DNA from: an uncultured Spirochaetia bacterium | GTDB taxonomy: Bacteria; Desulfobacterota_D; UBA1144; Nemesobacterales; UBA2774 | Assembly (NCBI GenBank): GCA_964586675.1 | Contig: CAZPHQ010000012.1 | Coordinates: 436 to 64,435 of the forward strand | Length of the DNA: 64,000 nt | Direction of reading: 5' to 3' | Shown here: piece by piece, positions 1 to 8,735 of the stretch | Numbering within the stretch: the stretch's first letter is position 1 | How the letters are laid out: each line of letters opens with the position of its first letter | Made by a program: the position numbers and the translations under genes | Notes under the pieces: generated by a model | Seen by the model: the letters and a program-made list of their open reading frames with translations, nothing else | The model's database searches: none | What the model was told of the DNA's origin: nothing

Positions 1-390
1 GATGTCCTCTCCTCGCCCGAGGCCGTCCTTAAATTCGCGAGGGTGCGGCTCTCGGGCCTGAAGCACGAGGCCTTCATGGTTATATTCATGAACACGAAGA
101 ACGAGGTCATAGACTATTCCGTTCTCCAGGAAGGAACGGTGGATAACGTTGCCGTCTATCCGCGGAGGATAATCGAAAGGGCACTCGCGCGTCACGCCTC
201 GGGCCTCATACTCGTCCACAACCATCCGAGCGGGAACCCGTCGCCTTCAAAGGAAGACCGGCTTCTTACTCAGGACATCTCCGAGGCCGGCCGTACTCTC
301 GACATACGCGTCCTCGACCACATCATCGTCGGAAAGAACGGCTACTTCAGCTTCATCGAAAAGGGCATGATGCCCGGTGCGGAAAAGTAG
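1..390 (+). CDS. radC: DNA repair protein RadC (JAB/MPN domain), 5'-partial
   Basis: Frame open from base 1 (DVLSSPEAV...); motifs HEAFMVIFMN, GTVDNVAVYPR, HNHPSGNPSPSKED, LDHIIVG. Confidence 0.95.
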   Translation, partial: DVLSSPEAVLKFARVRLSGLKHEAFMVIFMNTKNEVIDYSVLQEGTVDNVAVYPRRIIERALARHASGLILVHNHPSGNPSPSKEDRLLTQDISEAGRTLDIRVLDHIIVGKNGYFSFIEKGMMPGAEK

Positions 391-508
391 TCCGGATGCC
401 TAGAGCATCGCTTTGAAAAAAGCGGGTGCCGAATGTATATTTGAGTCCTGTATCTTAACGGTCCGAAACGGTCGTCGACCCTCACAATCAACTTGTAAAC
501 GGAGCCTT

Positions 509-1069
509 ATGACGGAAGAAGCGAAAGACCCAAAAGGAAGCGCCGGGTCGGCCCCGGTCAGCGTTCTAAGGTTCATCATAACGTACGTTGTCCTCATGGG
601 GCTTTTCTTTCTCCTCATAGGCCTAAAGCCCGTTCAGGAAGTGTTCAACATAAACGAGGGGTACTCGCACGTTATCGTCTTCATGACGGCGAAGATACTG
701 GGCCTCATCGGCATACCTGTGACGACGGACGGCTCTCTCATGCACCTTCCCTCGATTTCGCTCGACGTCGAGTTCGGATGCAACGGCCTCGAAGCCGTGA
801 TGATATATACTGTCGCCGTTCTCACCTTTCCCGCTTCCTGGAAAGAGAAGCTCATTGGAATAATCGGCGGCTTTTTAGTGATACAGGTGCTGAATCTCAT
901 AAGGATCGTCGCGCTCGCGTACGCGGGCGTGTATCACAGGGAGCTATTCGACGTGATACACATTTACGTCGCGCAGGGAGTGATGATCGCGGTTGCGCTC
1001 GGCACGTTCGTTCTTTACCTGACTTATATAAACCGCCCGCGGGGAAAACGGGAAGAGGCCATTGGTTAG
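509..1069 (+). CDS. xrtH: Exosortase H-like (archaeosortase/exosortase family transpeptidase)
   Basis: Multi-TM protein with catalytic Cys-Arg-His pattern: GCNGLE, NLIRIV, IHIYVAQ. Start placed at ATG 509 after GGAG rather than the ORF-track 413. Confidence 0.8.
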   Translation: MTEEAKDPKGSAGSAPVSVLRFIITYVVLMGLFFLLIGLKPVQEVFNINEGYSHVIVFMTAKILGLIGIPVTTDGSLMHLPSISLDVEFGCNGLEAVMIYTVAVLTFPASWKEKLIGIIGGFLVIQVLNLIRIVALAYAGVYHRELFDVIHIYVAQGVMIAVALGTFVLYLTYINRPRGKREEAIG

Positions 1070-1703
1070 GTCGGTCATACTGAAGTCTGCGCTGATATTC
1101 GTCGTCGCGTACCTCATATCGCTCGGGCTCTGGCTCGGAGTAAAGGGATACTACGGGATGGCCATAACGACGATCGCTTCCCATGCGGCGGCGCTTGTAA
1201 AGAACGTGAAAATCGTCGACATCGTGAGGGAAAAGGATATAGTCGCCGTCGGGTTCATTCCGAAAAAATACGGGGTGACGATCCTGAAGACGACTATAAA
1301 GGTTCCCATATCGAACTACACGTTCAATGCGCCGCTCACGTTCGCGATAATGGCGGCGTTCTACCCGTTTTTAAAGAGGCGGCGAGTCTACGCCGAGGCA
1401 CTCCTGATAATGGTGGTCGTCCATCTCCTGTTCGTTTTTTCCTACGAGGCGCAGGGCCTCACTTCCGAGCTCGAAAAGCAGGGCTACCATAAGTCGAGCG
1501 GGGCGGTGCACATATTCTGGGAATTCCTCTGGGGATTCATCAACAACATGGTCGTCAGGTTCGAGCCGTTCCTCATCGGCGCTTACCTCTACTTCTTCAG
1601 AGACTCGGCGCAGAAACCGGCGGCCCCAGCTGGTGCAAAGGAAAAGCCGTACGTCGAGGCTCCGCCTAAAGAAGTGAAAAAAGCGAAGAAAAAGAAAAAG
1701 TAG
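1062..1703 (+). CDS. Exosortase-associated membrane protein
   Basis: Overlaps the exosortase stop; several TM helices, NYTFNAPLTFA segment, Lys-rich tail. Assignment by position. Confidence 0.6.
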   Translation: MVRSVILKSALIFVVAYLISLGLWLGVKGYYGMAITTIASHAAALVKNVKIVDIVREKDIVAVGFIPKKYGVTILKTTIKVPISNYTFNAPLTFAIMAAFYPFLKRRRVYAEALLIMVVVHLLFVFSYEAQGLTSELEKQGYHKSSGAVHIFWEFLWGFINNMVVRFEPFLIGAYLYFFRDSAQKPAAPAGAKEKPYVEAPPKEVKKAKKKKK

Positions 1704-1709
1704 ATGATC

Positions 1710-2489
1710 TCAGGCTGCGGCGCTCTTTTTCCCGATGCCTCTCAGAAAGTTGCTCCACAGAACCCCGAGAAGATAAGTCGCGTAGATAAATACCACTCCA
1801 AGCAGGAACGAGCAGGCTACGCCGCCGACGTCGGCGGCACTGTAAGGCTTTCCCGAGAAGAAGAGCTCCTTTCCGAGCTTGAATACGTCGTCGCTCCTCC
1901 ATGCCATCGAGTCTATTGCAGGAAAAATCGCCCCGGCGATCCGCGATACGACTATCGAGCCCATTTCGTAGTAATCACCGCTGAACGATATAAAAGGAGC
2001 GAACGCTATAGGGAGGGCTATTCCCAGCTTTATCGAAGCCGCGAGAGGCTTCGAGCCGGCGGCGGATCTAAGCAGCGGCACGCCTATGAATATCGTGAGA
2101 AGGAACGGGAGAAAGTCTGTGAGGAGGTATGTCAGATCGCTGCCGTTCGTGTCGAACCCTGTCAGCTGCCCTGCGTAATCCGAGCCCGAATAGACGAACG
2201 GGAAAATCTTTTCGAGGATGTCTCCCCCGTAGAGGGGGCTTATTTCGAGCCTGCTGACGCTCCCCCCGCCCAGTATGCATCCGAGCGCGTGCCCGAGCTC
2301 GTGTATGGGCACGTATATCCACCATGTCAGCGCGAAGAGGCAGAAGATAAGCGCGATGTTGAAGACGGATATTGTTTTCAGGCTTGCGTCGAGGCCTGAA
2401 AAGAAGTCTTCGAACGGCAGGGTAACTATTTTGAGGGCGGTTTTTATCATCTCGAAGGCATTTTCATCATAAATAAGAACCGGCGGCAT
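1710..2489 (-). CDS. Membrane zinc metalloprotease-like protein (M50-type HExxH)
   Basis: IHELGH at the end of a TM segment, later TM-associated SGD; hydrophobic overall. Confidence 0.6.
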   Translation of the reverse strand: MPPVLIYDENAFEMIKTALKIVTLPFEDFFSGLDASLKTISVFNIALIFCLFALTWWIYVPIHELGHALGCILGGGSVSRLEISPLYGGDILEKIFPFVYSGSDYAGQLTGFDTNGSDLTYLLTDFLPFLLTIFIGVPLLRSAAGSKPLAASIKLGIALPIAFAPFISFSGDYYEMGSIVVSRIAGAIFPAIDSMAWRSDDVFKLGKELFFSGKPYSAADVGGVACSFLLGVVFIYATYLLGVLWSNFLRGIGKKSAAA

Positions 2490-2572
2490 GTAAATATCCG
2501 GCTTTTCTTAGCGCGGTTTGTTAAGTTGAATATTTTAATACATTAATAATATACCGTAAACTCCAAGTGTTA

Positions 2573-2601
2573 TTGACAAATAAATGACAAAGAATTACAA
2601 T
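2573..2601 (+). promoter_or_regulatory. sigma70-type promoter
   Basis: TTGACA (2573-2578) - 17 bp - TACAAT (2596-2601). Confidence 0.7.
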
Positions 2602-2811
2602 TGGAATAAAGGCCGTATCCGTGCCGTTACGCGGAAAAGGCCTTTTAAAACAGCGCCGGGGATAGAGTGAGGGTCTGGGAAATCCGTTTCGCCTTCCCGC
2701 GGCGACTGACGTAAGAGATGGAGGATGGGCCTTGAAGGTTTCCGCTCTTCCGTTTAGATTGATGTGCGGCCGGAGCCCGCTTTACCGACCGGGTGAGGCC
2801 GGGGTGTCCTT

Positions 2812-3951
2812 ATGAGAAGAGGAGCGCAAAAAATATTCGGGCGCCGTTTTCTTCCCCTGTGGACGGCTCTGCCGCTTTTCCTGGTTTCGCTTCCTTCCGG
2901 CTCTTACGCCGAAACGTCCTTTTATAAAAAGGAAGTCAACGGCGTAGTTCACTATACCAACATCGATCCCAAGAGTAAGGAATTCAAGCGTATCGCCAGC
3001 CCGTGGGGCACGTTCCGCGGCACCCCGAAGAGCCAGAGGGGCTATCTCAACAACCACAAGTACTCCGACAAATTCGACGACCACATAAACATGACGGCGA
3101 GGGAGCACGGCCTCGACCCGCTTTTGGTGAAGGCGATGATCAAGGTCGAGTCCAACTTCAACCCCGACGCCGTTTCACCGGCCGGCGCGATGGGCGTTAT
3201 GCAGCTCATGCCGGGCACGGCCGAGCGCGTGGGCGTATCCGACGCTTTCGACCCCGAGGAGAATATAAAGGGCGGGATAAAATACCTGGCCATGCTTATG
3301 AAACTCTTCGACAATAACACGACGCTCGCCCTCGCGGGTTACAACGCGGGCGAGAACGCCGTTATAAGGTATAACTACAAGATCCCTCCCTACGACGAAA
3401 CGATAGAATACGTCGACAGGGTTTACGCCCACTACGATTACCTCAGAAACTATCCCGTCGACAGAAACACGAAGAGGATGGTCGCCGACAAGAAGGACAA
3501 GGTTTCGTCTCCACAGGCCAAGAAGCCCTCGAAGTCTTTCATGTATGTCGAGACTGTGGGCGAGGCCAGGGTTTACAAGAACGGGAAGGTGGTTGCGTCG
3601 TCCCGCGCCGCGCCCGCCCCGGGGACCAGGGGACGAACCCTACTCGGCCCGAACGCCGGGGCTAAAGCGCCGGCTGCTCTGAACGCGGAATCCGCCGTTA
3701 CCGACTCCGAAGGCAAATATACCGTTCAGGTGGCTTCTTTCCCCGACAAGGCTCTGGCCGAAGAGATGGAGAGGGAATTTAAAGCCAAGCGCTATCCGGC
3801 CTACACCGAAGAGGTGGAGATTCCTGGCAAGGGAACCTGGTACAGGGTCAAGATAGGCAAATTCACGACCGAGAGCGAGGCCAGCCGTTACGGGAACGAC
3901 ATGAAGTCGGCCGAGCCCGGCGTCCAGTCCGTGCTCGTAGTAATGAACTGA
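2812..3951 (+). CDS. Lytic transglycosylase (SLT domain) with C-terminal SPOR domain
   Basis: Signal-like N-terminus, GVVHYTN (DUF4124-like), IKVESNFNPDAVSPAGAMGVMQLMP, AGYNAG, YDETIEYV; C-terminal YTVQVASF...WYRVKIG. Confidence 0.9.
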   Translation: MRRGAQKIFGRRFLPLWTALPLFLVSLPSGSYAETSFYKKEVNGVVHYTNIDPKSKEFKRIASPWGTFRGTPKSQRGYLNNHKYSDKFDDHINMTAREHGLDPLLVKAMIKVESNFNPDAVSPAGAMGVMQLMPGTAERVGVSDAFDPEENIKGGIKYLAMLMKLFDNNTTLALAGYNAGENAVIRYNYKIPPYDETIEYVDRVYAHYDYLRNYPVDRNTKRMVADKKDKVSSPQAKKPSKSFMYVETVGEARVYKNGKVVASSRAAPAPGTRGRTLLGPNAGAKAPAALNAESAVTDSEGKYTVQVASFPDKALAEEMEREFKAKRYPAYTEEVEIPGKGTWYRVKIGKFTTESEASRYGNDMKSAEPGVQSVLVVMN

Positions 3952-4189
3952 CGCGCTCCCGAAAGCCGTTTCTCCCGCCGGGACGTGCCTAAAACTGAAA
4001 AACAGTTAAAATAGGTATCGGGTGTTGCCCGGGTGTCCGGCCCCGCGCCGGATGCGTCGAACGCTGTAGCGATAATATATACGACATATATACGTTATAG
4101 CTTCCGGGCGCGGGGAGAACAAGTACATTTTTTGCCGGGTAATCTTCGAAAATAGCTAATAAAGGCAAGGTGAAAAAGCGGTTTCGAGC

Positions 4190-4218
4190 TTGACTTGCAT
4201 ACCGCTTTTTTTTAAGAT
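4190..4218 (+). promoter_or_regulatory. sigma70-type promoter within an inverted repeat
   Basis: TTGACT-17 bp-TAAGAT; AAAAAGCGGT (4173-4182) and ACCGCTTTTT (4201-4210) flank the -35. Confidence 0.5.
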
Positions 4219-4273
4219 ACTACTTGTCAGGTTAAGGATTACTGCGCCCTCCGGCTCAAGGAGACGATAATTT

Positions 4274-6283
4274 ATGAAGCCAATCATAATGGCAGTTTTG
4301 ATAATAGCCGCCTTCGGGTTTTTTTCGTATAACATATACAACCTGATAAAGCTCCTTCGCCTGGGAAAGTATGAGCAGCGCTTCGACAACATCAAGGAAA
4401 GAATAAGGCTCGTCCTCATATATGTTTTCGGCCAGAAGAGGCTAGTCAAGAACTACACCTTTGCCGGCATCGAGCATTTCATGATCTTCTGGGGCTTCGT
4501 CATAATCACCATCGGCACGATAGAAATGCTCATCGGCGGGGTGATTCCCGGGTTCAAGCTCATCCCCGGAAAGGCGCACGTGGCCTACGAATTCATACTC
4601 GACATCGTCCAGCTCCTCGTTCTCGTGGCGATAATAATGGGCATCATAAACAGGACGACGATAGCCAGGAGGCGCGAGGTGAACGGGCTCGACGCCGTCG
4701 TCATACTCGGGCTCATATTCGGGCTTATGGTCACCGCGCTCGCCGCTATGGGGGCCAAGGTCGCGATGGGGGCGGCGGACCCGACGTGGCTTCCCGTTTC
4801 GAGCACCATAGCCAAAGTTTTCTTCAGCGGGATGAGCGAAAGCGGCGTTACTTTTTCGCACGAATTCTTCTGGTGGTTTCATGTACTCATAGTTCTCGGG
4901 TTCCTGAACTATCTTCCGTATTCCAAGCACAGCCACGTTTTCACCGCGATCCCGAACGTATTTTTCCAGAACCTGAATCCGAGGGGGGCGCTTAAGCCGA
5001 TAGACTTCGAAAACGCTCCCGAGGACGTCGACCACTTCGGCGCCGGGAAGCTCGAAGACTTTACCTGGAAGGACATACTCGACGCCTATACCTGCACGGA
5101 ATGCGGGAGATGCACCGACAACTGCCCGGCGTGGCATACCGAAAAGCCCCTGTCTCCCAGAGAAATAGTAGTTAAATTAAGGCATTACGCGTCGAGCGAG
5201 GGGAAGGTTCTCCTTAACGCAAACGGCAACGCGGCCGCTGTCGCCGGGGAGCTAGACACGATCCCCGGGCCGAAGTGGGTTACGGAAGACGAGCTCTGGG
5301 CCTGCACGAGCTGTAACGCGTGCGTCGAGCAGTGCCCGCTCTTCATCGACCAGATGGGGAAGATCATGGAGATGAGGCGATTCCTCACGCTCGAGGGAAG
5401 GCTCACGGGCTCCGCCGTCAAAACTCTCCAGAAGCTCCAGACGCAGGGCAATCCTTGGGGTTTCAGCGGGAGCGACCGCGCCGCGTGGCTCGCGGGGTAC
5501 GAGGGCGTCAATATTATCGGCGACGAGGGCAACGAGGACGCCAGCGGATTCGACTACATATACTGGATGGGATGCTACGGCGGCTACGACCCGCGCGGCC
5601 AGAAAATAGCGCAGTCGGTTGTGAGCCTCCTCACGCAGGCCGGTGTGAGCTTCGCTGTCCTGGGGCCGCTCGAGAGCTGCACCGGCGACCCGGCCAGAAG
5701 GCTCGGAGAAGAGGCGCTTTACCAGATGCTCGCGACGCAGAACATCGAGACGATGAACGAGCTTAAGGTGAAGAAGGTCATCGCCAACTGCCCGCACTGC
5801 TTTAACACGATAAAGAACGAATACCCTCAGTTCGGCGGGAATTTCGAGGTAATTAACCACACCCAGCTCCTTAACGACCTTGTTCAGGAAGGGCGTCTCA
5901 GGCCGACGAAGGAAATAAAGGAAGATATCGCTTATCACGATCCCTGCTACCTCGGCCGCTACAACCGCGTATTCGACGCCCCGAGGGAGATACTGAAGTC
6001 TATACCGGGAGTGAACCTTGTGGAGCTCGACAGGAAGCGCGAGCGTAGCTTCTGCTGCGGCGCGGGCGGCGGCAAGATCTGGATGGAGGAAGAGGCGCCG
6101 CGCGTCAACTGGAACCGCTTCGAGGAAGTCGAGGCGAAGAACCCGGACACGCTGGCCGTTGCCTGCTACTTCTGCGATACGATGTTCGAGGATGCCGCGA
6201 AGCACGCCGGAAACGACAAGATGCAGATAAAGGACATCTCGATGATCCTCCGCGAATCCGTCGAGCAGGATACGAAGTCCTGA
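4274..6283 (+). CDS. Membrane-bound Fe-S oxidoreductase, FadF/HdrD-like (TM domain + 2x4Fe-4S + CCG domains)
   Basis: TM N-terminus; CTECGRCTDNCP, CTSCNACVEQCP, ESCTGD, CPHC, YHDPCYLGR, FCCGAGGG. Confidence 0.9.
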   Translation: MKPIIMAVLIIAAFGFFSYNIYNLIKLLRLGKYEQRFDNIKERIRLVLIYVFGQKRLVKNYTFAGIEHFMIFWGFVIITIGTIEMLIGGVIPGFKLIPGKAHVAYEFILDIVQLLVLVAIIMGIINRTTIARRREVNGLDAVVILGLIFGLMVTALAAMGAKVAMGAADPTWLPVSSTIAKVFFSGMSESGVTFSHEFFWWFHVLIVLGFLNYLPYSKHSHVFTAIPNVFFQNLNPRGALKPIDFENAPEDVDHFGAGKLEDFTWKDILDAYTCTECGRCTDNCPAWHTEKPLSPREIVVKLRHYASSEGKVLLNANGNAAAVAGELDTIPGPKWVTEDELWACTSCNACVEQCPLFIDQMGKIMEMRRFLTLEGRLTGSAVKTLQKLQTQGNPWGFSGSDRAAWLAGYEGVNIIGDEGNEDASGFDYIYWMGCYGGYDPRGQKIAQSVVSLLTQAGVSFAVLGPLESCTGDPARRLGEEALYQMLATQNIETMNELKVKKVIANCPHCFNTIKNEYPQFGGNFEVINHTQLLNDLVQEGRLRPTKEIKEDIAYHDPCYLGRYNRVFDAPREILKSIPGVNLVELDRKRERSFCCGAGGGKIWMEEEAPRVNWNRFEEVEAKNPDTLAVACYFCDTMFEDAAKHAGNDKMQIKDISMILRESVEQDTKS

Positions 6284-6300
6284 GAGAGATAATAATCCCC

Positions 6301-6338
6301 GGGGGTGTTCCGGAGGGGTCCGGAACGCTCCCCGTTTT
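6301..6338 (+). terminator. Rho-independent terminator
   Basis: GGGGGTGTTCCGGA-gggg-TCCGGAACGCTCCC hairpin followed by a short T run. Confidence 0.6.
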
Positions 6339-6492
6339 CCCGCTAAATTTATCGCCGTCCGAATAAATCTGTTTTAGATCCCTTGGGTTCTTTCTCTAAA
6401 TGCCGCGGGACTGCGGGACGGTATTGTAAATCCGGGGTATAGGGTTAGGATTTATATCCTGTGAGTATTTATATCCATTTTGGAGCCTCTCA

Positions 6493-7728
6493 ATGAGCGA
6501 CACGACGTCATTCTCGGCGGCGTTCCTCGATTCTGGTAACGGATGGCTCGGCGCGCCGAGAGAAGAGGGCTCTGTCGTCTTCGGCCGGCCCCGAATAAGA
6601 TTAACTGTAGAGAATGGGTTGATATTAATTAATAATGATAAACAAATATCAACATTGAGGCGCGACCCACTCCAGGTACTGGAAGGCTATCTCTCCGAGG
6701 GATATATAGCCGCGGGCTATATCGGCTACGAGTACGGGGCCTTCACGGAAGACGGCTTTACGCGAAAAAGGGAAAAAACTGGTGGAAAGCTGCCTGATCT
6801 TGCCTTTCTCCTCTACAAGCCGGAAGACATGACCTCGCCGGGCGAGGATGATTTGAGTGCATTTTTGTCTTCGGATTTCCCGATACGCGGCGCGGCTCCC
6901 GGGCGACTATCCTCTAACATGGACAGCGCGGAATATGTCCGTATCGTGGAGCGCGCGAAACGATACATAGAATCCGGCGATATTTACCAAGTCAACCTGT
7001 CGCGCCGGTTCGAGGTCGATGGGCGGGTCGATGCGGGGGAATTGTTCCGGCGATTGTTTCACGTGCAACATGTCCCGTTCGGGGCGTATCTCGATTTCGG
7101 AGACTTTCAGCTCGTAAGCGGGTCCATGGAGCTTTTCCTGCGCAGGAAAAGTAAGACACTTACGACGCGTCCGATTAAAGGGACACGGGGCCGGGGACAT
7201 TTCCGCGAAGAGGACACGATCAAAAAGGCGGAGCTTCTCAGGAGCGACAAGGAGAGGGCCGAGAATCTCATGATCGTCGACCTCATGCGTAACGACCTGT
7301 CGCGGGTCTGTAAAAAGGGATCGGTGAAGGTAAACAGGCTCTTCGACGTGGAAACGTACGCGACGCTTCACCAGCTCGTTTCCGAGGTCGAAGGAGAAGT
7401 CAGGGAGGGGCAGGGGGTTCCGGAGATTCTCGGGAGCGTCTTTCCTCCCGGGTCCGTAACAGGGGCGCCGAAGAAAAGGGCGCTCGAGATAATCGACGAG
7501 CTGGAGCCGCACTACCGGGGCCCTTACTGCGGCGCTCTCGGCATCTTCTACCCGGACGGGGATTTTACACTCAGCGTCGGCATAAGGACGGCCGTGGTAG
7601 AGCCCGAAAGGACGACATTCTGGACCGGGAGCGGCATTGTGTGGGATTCGGACCCCGAAGCGGAGTTTAATGAAACCGCACTTAAATCAAAGGCGATGAC
7701 GAAGGCCCTCGGGCTCTCCGAGGGGTGA
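6493..7728 (+). CDS. pabB: Aminodeoxychorismate synthase component I (chorismate-binding enzyme)
   Basis: GDIYQVNLS, PIKGTR, KERAENLMIVDLMRNDL, PPGSVTGAPK, GSGIVWDS; adjacent to pabC-like gene. Confidence 0.85.
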   Translation: MSDTTSFSAAFLDSGNGWLGAPREEGSVVFGRPRIRLTVENGLILINNDKQISTLRRDPLQVLEGYLSEGYIAAGYIGYEYGAFTEDGFTRKREKTGGKLPDLAFLLYKPEDMTSPGEDDLSAFLSSDFPIRGAAPGRLSSNMDSAEYVRIVERAKRYIESGDIYQVNLSRRFEVDGRVDAGELFRRLFHVQHVPFGAYLDFGDFQLVSGSMELFLRRKSKTLTTRPIKGTRGRGHFREEDTIKKAELLRSDKERAENLMIVDLMRNDLSRVCKKGSVKVNRLFDVETYATLHQLVSEVEGEVREGQGVPEILGSVFPPGSVTGAPKKRALEIIDELEPHYRGPYCGALGIFYPDGDFTLSVGIRTAVVEPERTTFWTGSGIVWDSDPEAEFNETALKSKAMTKALGLSEG

Positions 7729-7740
7729 TACAGTAATAAA

Positions 7741-8550
7741 ATGGCCGAGCATATATTCATCGAGGACAAACCGGCGAGCGCGGCGCTGCCCCTGAGGTCT
7801 CTCTTTTACGGAGAGGGGCTTTTCGAGACGTTCCGGTATAAGTCGCTACTGCCCGTATTGTTCGAGAGGCATTACGACAGGATGCGAAGGGGGGCCGAAT
7901 ACCTCGGAATCCCGGCGCCATCCCTTGTGCATATTGCGGGACTGGTTGATCATGCTGTCGCGGCTTCGTGTATACCGGACGCATACGTCAAGATTTGTCT
8001 ATTCTCTGACGGAAGCTCGCTGTTCTACGACTACCCTTCGAAAAGCGCTGTTTTAACGGTTGTGAGAGAGTATAAAGCCCCTTCCGGGCCTCTTACGCTC
8101 CATTTAAGCCCTGTCAGGAGAAACCTGACCTCCCCGTTGACCGGCCTCAAATCTCTCAATTATCTAGAAAACGTGCTCGCAAGGAGGGAAGCCCTCGCCG
8201 CAGGCTTCAGCGAGTCCCTTTTTCTGAACGAAAAAGACCGCATAGCCGAATGCTCGGCGGCCAATGTGTCCTGGATCAGGGGAGGCGCGCTTTTCACGCC
8301 TTCGCTCGATTGCGGCATAATGCCCGGAACCACGCGCGAAATCCTGCTCGAAGCCGCCGAGAATATCGGTTTGGAGGCCCGCGAGGGGCATTATCCGCTT
8401 GATAGTTTATACGGATGCGAGCTCGCGCTGGCTACCAATGCCCTCATAGGCCTTTTGCCCGTTTCAAGCATCAATGATATCAAACTTGATGCCGATACGG
8501 CCATTCTCGACGACCTGCGGACGGCCCTTTTCAAGCGCCTCCGCTGGTAA
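7741..8550 (+). CDS. pabC: Aminotransferase class IV / 4-amino-4-deoxychorismate lyase
   Basis: YGEGLFET, LKSLNY (PLP Lys), ECSAAN, GIMPGTTR. Confidence 0.8.
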   Translation: MAEHIFIEDKPASAALPLRSLFYGEGLFETFRYKSLLPVLFERHYDRMRRGAEYLGIPAPSLVHIAGLVDHAVAASCIPDAYVKICLFSDGSSLFYDYPSKSAVLTVVREYKAPSGPLTLHLSPVRRNLTSPLTGLKSLNYLENVLARREALAAGFSESLFLNEKDRIAECSAANVSWIRGGALFTPSLDCGIMPGTTREILLEAAENIGLEAREGHYPLDSLYGCELALATNALIGLLPVSSINDIKLDADTAILDDLRTALFKRLRW

Positions 8551-8568
8551 TTCAGCCCGTGAAAATGA

Positions 8569-8696
8569 TGTGGAAAAAAGTGGAAGGATTGTGGATGAAA
8601 GTTTCAATCAAAGGTTAAGACACGTTGTAAGTTATTGTAATCAGAGACTAAATATGTTTCATGTTGTCTTAACAAATGTGAAATTATTTATCCACA
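8569..8696. other. DnaA-box cluster in an AT-rich intergenic gap (candidate oriC)
   Basis: TTATCCACA 8688-8696 (perfect); TGTGGATGA 8590-8598 and TGTGGAAAA 8569-8577 (one mismatch each). Confidence 0.65.
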
Positions 8697-8704
8697 ATTC
8701 CCGT

Positions 8705-8720
8705 TGTTTCACGTGAAACA
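8705..8720. promoter_or_regulatory. parS: parS centromere-like site (ParB/Spo0J binding)
   Basis: Perfect 16-bp palindrome TGTTTCACGTGAAACA, the canonical parS consensus. Confidence 0.9.
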
Positions 8721-8735
8721 TGTGTCTTTCCCGGT

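Noticed and set aside
1-390. radC as a marker of a mobile element
   Set aside because: No integrase, transposase, att site or compositional shift nearby; looks like the chromosomal radC
413-508. N-terminal extension of the exosortase ORF
   Set aside because: Not protein-like; a better ATG with GGAG lies at 509
6493-8550. pabB-pabC lacking pabA as a novel pathway
   Set aside because: The glutamine amidotransferase is commonly encoded elsewhere or shared with trpG
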